NCBI GenBank assembly: GCA_019057795.1
Contig: JAHLWS010000065.1
Location: 96,001 to 160,000 of the forward strand
Length of the DNA stretch: 64,000 nucleotides
Source of the DNA: Promethearchaeota archaeon
GTDB taxonomy: Archaea; Asgardarchaeota; Lokiarchaeia; Sigyniarchaeales; SOKP01
Direction: 5' to 3'
Every line of letters starts with the position of its first letter. The first letter of the stretch is position 1. Below the pieces are notes generated by a model that saw only the letters and a list, made by a program, of their open reading frames with translations, did no database searches and was not told where the DNA came from. The translations under genes and the position numbers were made by a program. Below are positions 1 to 11,300 of the stretch, one piece after another.

Positions 1-304
1 TTGCTGCAAGAACCATAATGATTATTCCCAGACTGTTTATGGGTAATGAAACCATTACTCCAACTAACCCTATTGACATTATGTAAGGAAACCAAGCTAT
101 AACCCCTAAGACGGCTCCTAATGCCCACCATTTGTTTTTAATTATTTCCTTAAAGGATTTTAATATCCCCTTTATACCTTTATCAAATGTAATTTCAGGA
201 CCTTCTTTTAATCCAATTTTTTGAAAAATAATTGCAAAATTAAAACATAGGAGTGCTATTAAAACTAAAACAATTCCAGTTATAGCGGTTATGATATCAA
301 CCAT
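1..304 (-). CDS. DMT/EamA-superfamily (NIPA-like) membrane transporter, runs off the window start
   Basis: Hand translation from ATG at 304: MVDIITAITGIVLVLIALLCFNFAIIFQKIGLKEGPE...KNKWWALGAVLGVIAW; multiple TM helices, QK and WW motifs typical of NIPA/DMT. Confidence 0.6.
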   Translation of the reverse strand, partial: MVDIITAITGIVLVLIALLCFNFAIIFQKIGLKEGPEITFDKGIKGILKSFKEIIKNKWWALGAVLGVIAWFPYIMSIGLVGVMVSLPINSLGIIIMVLAA

Positions 305-564
305 AATTATTTTATATTATATTTATTTTAAAATTCATTTATTTTATTATTAACCTATTAAAAACATGGAAAGCTTACTTAATTACTATAAAAAATTCGG
401 TATATAACTGAATTTATCGAATCAATTTTAAATACTTATCTTTTCCTAAATTTCTTAAATTATGAAATCAAAAATAAATAAAAATAATAGCAAAGTAGTT
501 TTATATTAATCGTTTTCCTTATCATATATTTAATACCAGAATAGCGAGTTACAAATAAAAAAAT

Positions 565-1551
565 ATGTTTGTTCTATCATTTTTATTTATTTTATTAATT
601 TTTTTCGTTCTATTTCTTGCCTCTATTTCAATTATTCTTAGTTTTGTTTTTATTCTTATTTTTATTAATATAAATTTTAATTTCTTTTATTATAATCATA
701 AAGCAAAGTTATCAGATATAACTTATATCAAAAATACTCTGAAATTTATAGTTAAAATGGCAAGTTTAACTTTAGGTTCTAAATATGAACTAAAAATAAC
801 AACAAGAGATAATCTTAAATATTGCGGAGATGTATTTGACAGCACGCTTTGTAAATGTCTGTACTTGAATAATAATTATGAGCCCTCTGTTACTGAATAT
901 TTAAAAAAAACATTAAAAAAAGGTGATATATTTATAGATGTTGGAGCTAATGAAGGAATGTTTGGTGTCCTTGCAGGAAAACTTGTTGGTCAAACTGGTA
1001 AGGTTTATTGTATCGAACCTTTACCAAGGAATATCTCTATTTTAAAAAAAAATATACGAATTAATAATTTGAATAATGTTATAATCTATGATGTAGCCGC
1101 TGGAGACGAAAATAAAGATGTATCATTTTTTGATATAAAAATAAACAATATGTTAGGCGGTGCTGAAAATATTATGACGACTCTATTGTCTAAAATACCA
1201 GGTATGGTTCAATTAATCAAAGTAAAACAAAGAAGATTAGATACGTTAATAAATGAACCTTTAGATAAAATCAAATTAATAAAGATAGATACAGAAGGAT
1301 ATGAAGAATATGTGTTAAAGGGATTGGATACATGGTTAATTGGAAAATGTTCCATTGATTTTATTATAGAAATGAACCCTAGTAAGTCAAAATATATTAC
1401 TGATTTACTTTTAAATAAACATAAATATACAGGATATATGCATTGGATGGATTCCGTAGCATATAATGATAATGTTAATTGGGAGAGACTCGATATAAAT
1501 TGTAACACTCAAAAAAATGTCTTGTTTACTAAAAATCGTTGGGAAAATTAG
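565..1551 (+). CDS. FkbM family SAM-dependent methyltransferase with N-terminal membrane anchor
   Basis: FIDVGANEG, IEP and IKIDTEGYE motifs. Confidence 0.9.
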   Translation: MFVLSFLFILLIFFVLFLASISIILSFVFILIFININFNFFYYNHKAKLSDITYIKNTLKFIVKMASLTLGSKYELKITTRDNLKYCGDVFDSTLCKCLYLNNNYEPSVTEYLKKTLKKGDIFIDVGANEGMFGVLAGKLVGQTGKVYCIEPLPRNISILKKNIRINNLNNVIIYDVAAGDENKDVSFFDIKINNMLGGAENIMTTLLSKIPGMVQLIKVKQRRLDTLINEPLDKIKLIKIDTEGYEEYVLKGLDTWLIGKCSIDFIIEMNPSKSKYITDLLLNKHKYTGYMHWMDSVAYNDNVNWERLDINCNTQKNVLFTKNRWEN

Positions 1552-1630
1552 ATATTAAAAGAAAATAAATTATTTCTTATTGTTTAAATTAAATTTAGAT
1601 TGAAATATAGATAAAGTGCAAAACATTATT
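1550..1630 (+). repeat. Copy 1 of ~80-bp direct repeat
   Basis: agatattaaaaga..taaattatttcttattgtttaaattaaatttagattgaaatatagataaagtg.aaaacattatt, near-identical to 5079-5158. Confidence 0.95.
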
Positions 1631-1802
1631 TATTTCATTGCTGAACTAAAATTTGCTTAGTTTTTCATACTATTCGTACAACTCTTTACTAAGTGGAGAT
1701 CAAGATTTAAAAAAAGGAAATCATAATTATTTGAGATAAATATTTTAAAATTAAAAGTCATATAAATTGTATAGAGTGAATGATTAAAAATAGAAGATAT
1801 CT

Positions 1803-2309
1803 TTGTCAACCAATTATAAAAGGTCTAAAGAATGGTTAAGTTTGGCATTTAATAATTTAGATAAGGTAATTAAATTCTATGAAATTAATGAATTCGCAGC
1901 GTGTGTTTTTAGAATTCAATTATCTACGGAACAATTACAAAAAGCATTAATTGTTCTATTAGGATTACAATTTCGAAAAACTCATGAACCATCAAAAATA
2001 TTAGAATCAATTGAATCGAACGAGCATATTGAAATCGAAGAAAAATTTCTTGAAATGATAAAAAAAATAGCAGATTTATCAAAAAACATTGAAGATGAGG
2101 GAACTGTAACGCGATATGGGATAATTATAGATGGTGAATTAATCTCTCCTGAGGAAAAATATGATAAAGCCAAAACAGACGAAAGGCTAGATGATCTAGA
2201 GAAGATTTTAATAATTTTTAAAGATTTATTTGAAGAAAATCCTGATTTTGAGTTAGAATTAACAACCTTATCAGAATTCATTGTAAAAATAGAAGAGTTA
2301 GAGGAATAA
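1803..2309 (+). CDS. HEPN domain protein (HEPN-MNT toxin-antitoxin)
   Basis: ACVFRIQLSTEQLQKAL, KTHE and TRYG motifs; stop overlaps the start of the MNT gene. Confidence 0.85.
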   Translation: MSTNYKRSKEWLSLAFNNLDKVIKFYEINEFAACVFRIQLSTEQLQKALIVLLGLQFRKTHEPSKILESIESNEHIEIEEKFLEMIKKIADLSKNIEDEGTVTRYGIIIDGELISPEEKYDKAKTDERLDDLEKILIIFKDLFEENPDFELELTTLSEFIVKIEELEE

Positions 2310-2803
2310 TGGGTGAAAATAAGGATATTGATTTATCATTTATTAAATTAGAATACTTCAAAAATGAACTTAAAGAATATCTCCAATTCATTTTTAAATT
2401 AAAGCTAAATATAAGAGCAATCTTGCTCTTTGGGTCGGTCGCAACGAGTAAAGCCCGAGATGATGATGAGTATTTAAGCGATATCGATTTATTTATAATC
2501 TGTGACGATTTACCCGAGGATTATTGGGAAAGAAGAAAATTAGTGTTTAATTTAACTAAATCCGTATGTACGGGTAAACAAGTACTTTGGCGGACTTCAA
2601 AAGAAATGGAAGGTCATGTAAAATCGAAATATTATCTGATTTTAGACGCTTTTGACGAAGGGAAGATTCTTTACGACCCTGAAAATTTTCTTTCCGAGTT
2701 AAAGAAAAAGCTCTTTAAAGACTTAGAAGAAAAAGGCGTGATAAAGACGGAACTTTACTGGCAGTGGCCAATTAAAAAGTTTGGAGATAAAATTGAATTT
2801 TAA
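2309..2803 (+). CDS. Minimal nucleotidyltransferase (MNT) antitoxin
   Basis: ILLFGSVA...SDIDL motif. Confidence 0.9.
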   Translation: MGENKDIDLSFIKLEYFKNELKEYLQFIFKLKLNIRAILLFGSVATSKARDDDEYLSDIDLFIICDDLPEDYWERRKLVFNLTKSVCTGKQVLWRTSKEMEGHVKSKYYLILDAFDEGKILYDPENFLSELKKKLFKDLEEKGVIKTELYWQWPIKKFGDKIEF

Positions 2804-3369
2804 CTCCCTTAGATCTTCTTAAAGCATTATTTTCTTGCTTGAATTTTCTATACATACCCCTTATCTATAACCGCGAGTATTACATGATATGCTTTAAAAC
2901 TTTGAGTCAAAAAAAAAAAGAATTTGACTTCAATAAAAATATATAAGCTAGGAATTATAGGACTCATAAGCGTTTATAATCACATTTAATAATTGTTTAA
3001 TTGTAAAAGGTTGTTGGGAAAAAGGTATCCTAATTTAAAAGAAAAGTCAAAATTTTATTCTTTCATCGATCAAGGGGTTGTTATAAAATTTGCTTAATCA
3101 TAGTTAGAAAACTCTATTTTTATGTCCTACAAATCTTAGTTTTTATGTCAAACCTTTTTATCTAAATTAGGAATAGTGTATACTAATTTAATCTCAAATA
3201 AAGAATTTTTGATGTTTCCTATTAAATCTAAATTAGAATGCCCTAAACTTAATAACATAATAAAAATCATCTAAATAACATTATCACTATTTAATTAAAT
3301 CTAAGGATTTAATAATAGAAAGTCTTTTTCTTAATTTCGAATAATGCAAACATTTAAATATATCTTATT

Positions 3370-3387
3370 TGTACAAAATATTGTACA
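3370..3387. promoter_or_regulatory. Inverted repeat TGTACAA-n4-TTGTACA, candidate operator
   Basis: tgtacaa aata ttgtaca about 60 bp upstream of ORF 3444. Confidence 0.35.
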
Positions 3388-3443
3388 TAATAGTGTATTA
3401 TATAAAATCTATGTTAATATTTATTAAATAATAGGGTAAAAAA

Positions 3444-3674
3444 ATGATTGTTCAAAGCGAATTTTATAAAGATTTAGAACCTTCCGGTAAAACTGCGGAG
3501 ATGCTAGGTCTAGAAATAATACAGGTATCTAAATCTGGGGAAAGATTAGACATTATTTTTCATAAAGGAATAGCACTCTCTCTTACTCAAAAAGTTTTAA
3601 CATTACACATGGACAAAATTTATAATAAAAAACAAGGAAATTTAATTGCTACAATCGACGATTTTGGCATATAG
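3444..3674 (+). CDS. Small hypothetical protein
   Basis: 76-aa ORF with ATG start, isolated in AT-rich DNA. Confidence 0.55.
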   Translation: MIVQSEFYKDLEPSGKTAEMLGLEIIQVSKSGERLDIIFHKGIALSLTQKVLTLHMDKIYNKKQGNLIATIDDFGI

Positions 3675-4048
3675 ATTCATTTTTTCACTTTAAACTTAGA
3701 TAATATTTTGATAATAATTTATGTGGAAAAAAAGAACAATATTATAAACAGTTGCACTCAGATGTATGTTCTTTATAAAAAAATATATGAAATAATTAAC
3801 ACAAATAATCCTATATCAAAGATTTTAAACATTTGTAAACAGACCATAAAGATTAAATAATTTAGAAAATAAAGTGGTTCTGTTTCAAAGACATATAGCT
3901 ATTTATCAAATAGTAGTAGATTGAAATAAATTCTTTTTTTAAATTTATATATCTGAAGAACTTAAATTGTAAATACAGATATCCTTTTCTTAAGAAAAAC
4001 TAAAAAAAGAATAAAGTAGGAAAGCATTAAATTGCGATAGAAAGAGAA

Positions 4049-4801
4049 TTATAAATATTTAAACACAAACTCAAAATCCGATAGATCAAAAGGTTTTAAT
4101 ATGTATCCATCAGCTCTTGTTTCTTGGATTTTTTCTTTTACTTCATGATCTGTAACAGCTGTTAAATAAATAACTGGTATCTTTCTGAGTTTTTCATGAG
4201 ATTTTACTCTTTTACAAATTTCAAACCCACTTATATCAGGCAAAAGTATATCTAACAAAATTAATTTTGGAAGGTTATAATTTAATTCTTCGATTCCTTT
4301 TAAACCTGTTATTACTCCTTTGCAAGTATAGCCTTTAGCATCAAAATAATTAGTAACCAATTCTATTGTAGATAAATCATCTTCAATCAATAGAATGTCG
4401 TATTGAGCAAGTTTTGCATCTGGGTGTTCTAATCTTAATATAAATCTATTTTCAAATTGTTTAATCTCATCTAATAAGTTTTTAATAATGGATAAAATAT
4501 CGTTGTTTAAATCCTTTTGATATTTTTCTACGATTAATTGGAGATTTCCTTTGATCGTTGTGAGTCTTTCTTTTAAGGCATGTGTGAAAACAGTTAAATC
4601 TTGAGCAAGTAAACTGGATTTCTCGTCGATATAATATTTAATTCCTTCTCTAACTAATTTGGAGAGCGATGAAATATCACTTTTTTTAATGAATTCTAGC
4701 CATTCTTTTTCTGTTTCTTCCGTAATGTAAACAGAGATTCGTTTTTTCCCAGAATAATAATCCTTTTTAACTTTAGTCTCTTTCTCGTCTTTAGTAATAA
4801 T
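4049..4801 (-). CDS. RHH - HisKA-like - receiver-domain response regulator, probable ATT start
   Basis: Frame stays open 137 codons upstream of the tracked TTG: RISVYITEETEKEW..SLSKLVREGI (RHH), FTHALKERLTTIKG (H-box-like), then REC (ILLIEDD, LILLDILLPD, KPF); GGTGA Shine-Dalgarno-like motif just before ATT ATT. Confidence 0.8.
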   Translation of the reverse strand: MITKDEKETKVKKDYYSGKKRISVYITEETEKEWLEFIKKSDISSLSKLVREGIKYYIDEKSSLLAQDLTVFTHALKERLTTIKGNLQLIVEKYQKDLNNDILSIIKNLLDEIKQFENRFILRLEHPDAKLAQYDILLIEDDLSTIELVTNYFDAKGYTCKGVITGLKGIEELNYNLPKLILLDILLPDISGFEICKRVKSHEKLRKIPVIYLTAVTDHEVKEKIQETRADGYILKPFDLSDFEFVFKYL

Positions 4802-5078
4802 TCTTCACCTTATATTAATCTAAAAAATTAATAATTAACAAAATTATCCATATTTTACTGAATTCGTTAAGATATTAAAGTGTAAATATATTATTTTTTA
4901 ATTAGTTTTTTACTATTCCTAATTATATTTACCTAAACCAGTAAATAAATTTGTTGTTTTAAAAATAAAGCATGAATCTTGCATATTTAAAACAATCCAA
5001 TTTTTATCAGTTAACCATATACTTTTATTAAAAAAGATAATCTAATTTTTGCCCTATTTTTTACATAATCGGACAAAA

Positions 5079-5158
5079 AGATATTAAAAGATATAAATTA
5101 TTTCTTATTGTTTAAATTAAATTTAGATTGAAATATAGATAAAGTGTAAAACATTATT
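5079..5158 (+). repeat. Copy 2 of ~80-bp direct repeat
   Basis: Differs from 1550-1630 by about 2 substitutions and 1 indel. Confidence 0.95.
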
Positions 5159-5228
5159 CTTTAATGAAACATGTGATTTGTTTTAGAGAGATAAATTTCT
5201 TAAATCTAATTTGTGAAGTTGTGGAAAA

Positions 5229-6449
5229 TTGAAAGGTATTATAATTGTAGGGTTTGAAGAAAATTCTGAAACATATATAGATACGCAGTTTCCAAGTAAT
5301 ATCTGTGAATTCTTAGGAGTGACCCCAAATCTCTTAAAAGATTTAGTCGAACAGCATTTGAACAAAAAGATGGAACCTAATTACGTTGAAATGAAACTAA
5401 ACGACGAGATTAGCGTAGCAAGTTTCTATTCGGGATTTTCATTTAGACACTATGTGGGAAAACCTAATTTCGCGATAATTATTTTCTTATCCCAAGATGA
5501 TTTTCTTTCTAACGAGTTTGAAGGAATGATGCGACGGATTGCCCACGAATTATTACCGAAAAGGGAAGCGCTTAATTTCGACGATATTTTAGGTCAATAT
5601 TATGAAATGTTAAAGAAGGAAGAATTAACATCCTATTGGGAAGAAATCATAGAGGGGGAAACAAGCGTAATTGTTGTTAAAAAAAAGGAAGAAGAAAAAC
5701 AAGATACTGAAGGAATTGAAGATGCCAAGAGAGAAATGGTTGAAGAACAGGTGAACCAGGCTAGTAGTGCAGATGTTTTGCAAGAAAATGAAGATTTAAA
5801 AGCTGAAATTCCAGAACTTCAAAATCTTATAGAGGAAAAAAAGAGTAAAATTAGGGAATTAACGAGAAAATTTACCGAACTTATGTCGGAGAATACAACA
5901 AAAACCGAAGAAATTCAAGCTCTCAAAGAGGAAATAAGCGAGCAATACATAAAACTAGAGAAATGGAGCCAACAAATGGCTGATCTTAACGAAAACAACG
6001 CGAAATTAATGAACGATGTAAAAAAATTAAATCAGAAAATAATTGAAAGAGATAACTTCTTAAAAGAAAAAGAGAGGAAAATCGAAGAACTTACGGGAAA
6101 ATTGACAAGTGAAGAAGAATTTGAAGAAAAAGCCGAAATTATGCTTCAAGAAAAAAAAGGCTTAATAACTATTAACTTTAGTTTAAATTCTGAAATAGAA
6201 AGCCTAGAAAAAGAATTTAAAAATTTGAAAAACGAAGTTGAGAAATCTCAAAACCAGATTACAATCCATATTGATACGATAACAAATTTAAAAATTGATG
6301 CCAAAAAGCTTAAATCTAAAATCTCAAGTATAGATGAAGAGAAAGAGAAGTTAAAAGATCAATCGTTAGATCTTAAAAAGGAAATCAAAATATTAAGGCG
6401 GGAAAGAGATCATTATAAAAAAATTGTAAAAGAAAATAATCTCCTATAA
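5229..6449 (+). CDS. Longin/uDENN-like N-terminal domain plus long coiled coil
   Basis: MKGIIIVGFEENSETYIDTQFP start resembles longin-fold proteins; heptad-rich C-terminal ~250 aa. Confidence 0.55.
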   Translation: MKGIIIVGFEENSETYIDTQFPSNICEFLGVTPNLLKDLVEQHLNKKMEPNYVEMKLNDEISVASFYSGFSFRHYVGKPNFAIIIFLSQDDFLSNEFEGMMRRIAHELLPKREALNFDDILGQYYEMLKKEELTSYWEEIIEGETSVIVVKKKEEEKQDTEGIEDAKREMVEEQVNQASSADVLQENEDLKAEIPELQNLIEEKKSKIRELTRKFTELMSENTTKTEEIQALKEEISEQYIKLEKWSQQMADLNENNAKLMNDVKKLNQKIIERDNFLKEKERKIEELTGKLTSEEEFEEKAEIMLQEKKGLITINFSLNSEIESLEKEFKNLKNEVEKSQNQITIHIDTITNLKIDAKKLKSKISSIDEEKEKLKDQSLDLKKEIKILRRERDHYKKIVKENNLL

Positions 6450-6620
6450 TTATTTTCTATGCTAAATTACTTTTCTTACTTTTCCCTCGCCTAACTTGAA
6501 AACGATAAGTAAAAGCATATTTTTATAAACATATACTTTTTTAATAATAATAACAAATTTAAATCTAAAAATCTAATATAATTATAACTATAAGTTATTA
6601 AAATAAGAGTGGAGTATTAA

Positions 6621-7076
6621 TTGTCAATTGATACAAAAAGTTTTGATAATATTCTTTCGAAGATTATAAAATCCGAGAGTGGAATCAAGAAAGTAATTTT
6701 GGTTGATAGAACTGGCTTAACAATCGCGAGTGTTTCAAAATTTTCCTATTTTCCAGCTGATGTCGACGGGATCGGTGCTATTGCCTCAGCGGTTTTTTGT
6801 GCATCCGAAGAACAAGGAAAGAATCTAGAATTAGGTGGCTTAGAAATCGTTACGAGTGAATTTATGGGAGGGAAGATTTTTGCGTCAAGTTGTGGACCAA
6901 AAGGCGTGCTAACTCTTATCTCTGATCCGGACATAAATATTGGGTTAATTAGATTAATACTTAAACGTTCAGGAGACGAATTAAAGGAAATCTTAGACGA
7001 GTTCTTATCAGATATTCCTGAATCATTCGACTCTGGACTGGATTTAAGCGATTTGGACGAACTAACTCCAGATTAA
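6621..7076 (+). CDS. Roadblock/LC7 (MglB/LAMTOR-like) protein
   Basis: VILVDRTGLTIA...GAIASAVF...NIGLIRL pattern; acidic tail. Confidence 0.9.
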   Translation: MSIDTKSFDNILSKIIKSESGIKKVILVDRTGLTIASVSKFSYFPADVDGIGAIASAVFCASEEQGKNLELGGLEIVTSEFMGGKIFASSCGPKGVLTLISDPDINIGLIRLILKRSGDELKEILDEFLSDIPESFDSGLDLSDLDELTPD

Positions 7077-7197
7077 TTTTAACATTTTTTCAACTCCTTA
7101 TTTTCACATTATTTGTGCCGAAGTAAATTTTACTTAAACTTATTTATTACTTAATTAACTTATTTAATCTTGAAGTTGCATTAATGACAAAAAAATT

Positions 7198-7359
7198 ATG
7201 AGATTCGAAATTGAAAAAAGATTACACAGAGTGAAAATAGCTTTTGAACAAAAAGAAATTATATGCCCCCTCTCTAAAAATTGCAGCCAAGCAGAAAATT
7301 GCAAGAGATGCGATGATTTTTATAAAAAATGTCGCATTTACATAAACGATTCTTATTAA
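7198..7359 (+). CDS. Small Cys-rich protein (53 aa, not in ORF track)
   Basis: MRFEIEKRLHRVKIAFEQKEIICPLSKNCSQAENCKRCDDFYKKCRIYINDSY; fills the gap between two + strand genes. Confidence 0.55.
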   Translation: MRFEIEKRLHRVKIAFEQKEIICPLSKNCSQAENCKRCDDFYKKCRIYINDSY

Positions 7360-7385
7360 ATAGGTTATAAAACGAGGAATTTTAG

Positions 7386-8201
7386 GTGTTAAAAAATATG
7401 AACTTAGGTTTAAAAGACAAAGTTGCATTAATCTTAGCCTCAAGTAAAGGATTGGGGCTAGCATGTGCTAAAACTTTCTATTGCGAAGGAGCAAATGTAA
7501 TAATTAGTAGTCGCTCTATGGAAAATTTAGAGCGAGCTAAAGAAGAAATTGGCAAGCATAAGCCTAAAAATTCCAATAATAAAATTATTTCTTTGGTTTC
7601 TGATCTAAATGATGAGGCTCAAATTAAATCCTTAGTAGACGAGACCGTAAAAATTTTTGGAAGAATCGATATACTGGTTCATAACGCCGGTGGACCACCC
7701 TCGGCACCAATTAATAAGATCAGTAAAGACGATTGGCAAAATTCGATTAATTTAAATCTACTTTCCTTCGTAAGAGTTTCTGAATTGGTTGTGCCAATCA
7801 TGCAACAGCAGAAGTTTGGAAGGATAATTGCGATTACTTCAGTTTCGGTGAAGCAACCTCTAAATAATCTTGTTCTATCAAATACGACACGTCTAGGAGT
7901 TGTGGGTTTTGCAAAAACGCTAGCCAACGAGTACGCTAAAGATAATATTTTGGTGAATGTTGTATGTCCAGGACCAACTCTCACTGATCGCATGAAAGAA
8001 TTAATCAATACAACAGTAAAAAAAACGGGAAAAACGTATGAAGAGGTTGAAAAAACTTGGGTAGATTCCATCCCATTAGGGCGATTAGGAGAACCAGAAG
8101 AACTATCTAATTTAGTCGTATTTTTAGCCTCAAGTAAAGCTAGTTATATTACGGGCACGGTTATTCAGGTTGATGGAGGCTTTGTAAAAAGTACTTTATA
8201 A
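7386..8201 (+). CDS. Short-chain dehydrogenase/reductase (3-oxoacyl-ACP reductase-like subfamily)
   Basis: ASSKGLG, HNAGGPP, LSNTTR, NVVCPG, VDGG. Confidence 0.9.
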   Translation: MLKNMNLGLKDKVALILASSKGLGLACAKTFYCEGANVIISSRSMENLERAKEEIGKHKPKNSNNKIISLVSDLNDEAQIKSLVDETVKIFGRIDILVHNAGGPPSAPINKISKDDWQNSINLNLLSFVRVSELVVPIMQQQKFGRIIAITSVSVKQPLNNLVLSNTTRLGVVGFAKTLANEYAKDNILVNVVCPGPTLTDRMKELINTTVKKTGKTYEEVEKTWVDSIPLGRLGEPEELSNLVVFLASSKASYITGTVIQVDGGFVKSTL

Positions 8202-8373
8202 TATAATCTAAACGGATATCACACTCATATTTTAGAAATTTATATTATAAAAACTAATTTCTATAAGATAAATAAAATAGATTTTAATATTTTTGATATT
8301 ATTATTCTAGATATTAGTTTAATAATAAATTGAACTTTGACTAATTAATATATAATTAATAAGAGAAGAGTGT

Positions 8374-11300
8374 TTGAAATTGTCTGGTAGAAATTTTGGG
8401 TATTTAAAGGTGAATAGGAGACGTAAAGAGAAGATTTTTATTTTATCCGTTTTACTTATTAATTTTCTTTTAACTCCTTTTTTAAATAATTTCAATATTT
8501 ATAACAATTTAAATGAGGACAACCATAAAAATGAAGAGTTGCCGATTAATTATATCAAAACTCAGGATTTAGTTTCTGATAATACTTTCACTGGGGTAGG
8601 TGCTCCTTGGAACGTGACTCACTATGCTAATGGAACAAAAACTAATTTGGAAGTAAGTTTTAATAATAATTCTTATGATAACTCTCAATATGTAGAATTA
8701 TACGGATGGATAGGATATCAATTAAATTCTACAATAACAAATTTATATGATACAAGAAATTGGATTAATGGAACTTTCCACGCTGGAACAGATAATGGTA
8801 TTGTTTCGAATCATGATGATACTAATGATGTTTATAATTGGACCTTTATAAAAAAGGATTTACCAGGAGGATCATACTCTAATCCTATGAGTGGAAATTA
8901 TTATGATGACTCACATTCGGAATCTGACTATCAAGATTCCTTGGAATTAATGATTGAAGATGAGGGAGTTTCCGGTTCTTATGACGTTGGTGATAAATGT
9001 TGGTGGGAAACTACTTTTGAAATTGATAGAGGGGCTGTAGATGAAGCTTGGTTAAGTTTTGCGGCATTTCCAAAATATGGTGATGGTTATAATAATCATA
9101 TGGTACTACAGGTTATAGTAAATAATAAAACTTTATGGGGTAATGGTCTTGCATCAATGCTAGAAGCATGTGGTAATTCTACTGATGGGCAATGGTATAA
9201 TCCACCATCTATTTACTTAGATGGTAATGATCAACAATTATTTCCTAATGGAGTTAAAAATATGAATATTACTTTAGAATTTAAAAGAGTTAGTGGAGAT
9301 GCTCCCGGTGCTTATGCGTCTTCCTATTCTGTACTTGTTGATAATGTATCGTTAATCGTAAAATCTAAAGCAAAACCATCTCAACTTGAGTTGCAATTAA
9401 ACAATAAAGATGTTATTGATAATGTTAATTATGGTGAAGGTTATTGTGGAATGATAGGTAATTGGAATGGGAGTGAACAATCATCGGTAAATGCAAATTT
9501 CAGTAGTAATCTGAATTGGCCTTTAACATTTGAAGAAGACGGGAGTTGGATAAGTTATAAAGTTGAACTTGATACAGATTTGAAATTATATATGAATAAA
9601 TCTACTCCTGAAAGCTATTATACTGCTGATCCTGATCTAAATTATCAAGGCTCAGCTTTTATTGTATCTAACAATAGTAATACTAATTGGACAACATATG
9701 CGCATATGGAGATTCCGACAGGATACGAAGAAACGAATATGACTATTGAATATCCTTCAGATTATAATTTAACAGGAGTATTTTTCTCTCTAAATCCTGA
9801 TTCTCTTTCTCAAACTACTATAACGAAGTATGGAAACAAAAAATTAGTAAATATTCCAGTTAGTTCTATAACAAGTAATACCAATGGATTTTGGAAGTTA
9901 ACAGCAGTATCGCCTAATTACTGCACAGAAATGGGTATATATAATAATGCCACAGATAATTGGGAGCCTAGTAATGTATTTTTAAGTGGAGATTATATTA
10001 ACATTACCGCAAGAATTAATAATTCCCAACTGATTTCTGGATATATTCAACAAACAAACGCCCAGCTTCAAATAAGATTTCCGAATGGTACAATTTGGAC
10101 TGCGAAAAATCAACTAAAGCAAGTTAATGATATTGGAATGGTTTATTTTGATCCTTTCCAGATACCTAATTCCCCTCCCGGTTATGAAGTTGGAGAATAT
10201 CAGGCAATAATTACATGGAATAATTCATATTCTAACTTTGACTTGAATGAAACAGGTTTGATATACAAAACTTTTACTGTTAGTCACAATTCTTCATTGA
10301 TTCCTGATCAGGATTATTATTCGAATATATTTGTGGGGGATATAGTTAATATAAAGGTCTCCTTTAGCGATCTTGAGAATATCCAACCAATAGAAGGTGC
10401 CAATGTTTATGCAAAAAATTTTACTGGGGGTACTCAATACTTTAATGAGATAAATCCGGGTTATTATTTTCTTGAATTTAATACTACAGGAGGGAGTGGT
10501 GGAGATCGAAATCTAACTATTTATGCCACTCATCCTTTATATGAAGATGCTAAAGTTAATACTACTATTGGATTAATTGAATATACGACTCTTACTGCTG
10601 AAGAATATCCTAATATTGAAGTCCCTTGGAATAGCAATTTCACCATTCATCTTAATTATACAGAAACATCAACGGAGAATGGTATTGAGGCGGCTACTAC
10701 AACAGTTTACTGGAGTGGTGACACATTTATAGATTCAGCAAATGGAATTTATAATGTAACGTGTAATAATACAGCATATCAGGTAAATGTTGCTCATAAT
10801 TTAAAAATTGAGTTGAATAAAACAGGATATGAATCCCAAACTATAATAATATCAATTGAAGTAGTTGAACGAGAAACATATATCGATGAAATTTTTATAA
10901 ATAATGCTGATTGTACAGCTAACAAATCTTATAACATCCATTCCGGAGAATTGATGAACATTACTGTCAAATACAAAGATACTGAAAAAAGCGGGGCTTT
11001 TATCCCTAATGCAATGGTTACATTAAATGGGACAAGTATAGGAGAAATCTTTACAGATAATAATGTCTTTAATTTTTATAATCTTACTCTAAATTCAACA
11101 AAATTAACTGTTGGAATACATTTTTTAAATATAATTGCTCAAAAAGAAAATTATACGGCTTTGACTGAGTTATTAACTATAAATGTGTTTGAGAGAAACA
11201 CTAATTGGATGTTATTCTTAAATGGAACTGATAAAACAGCTGATCCATCTATACAACTATACGATAATCAACTTTTAAATATTACTATTTCGTATATTGA

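Noticed and set aside
4805-4807. In-frame TGA as selenocysteine readthrough
   Set aside because: A TAG lies five codons further upstream with no start codon in between; the TGA is part of a GGTGA ribosome-binding motif
7386-8201. SDR lacking the YxxxK motif as a novelty
   Set aside because: LSNxxR is typical of a widespread atypical SDR subfamily
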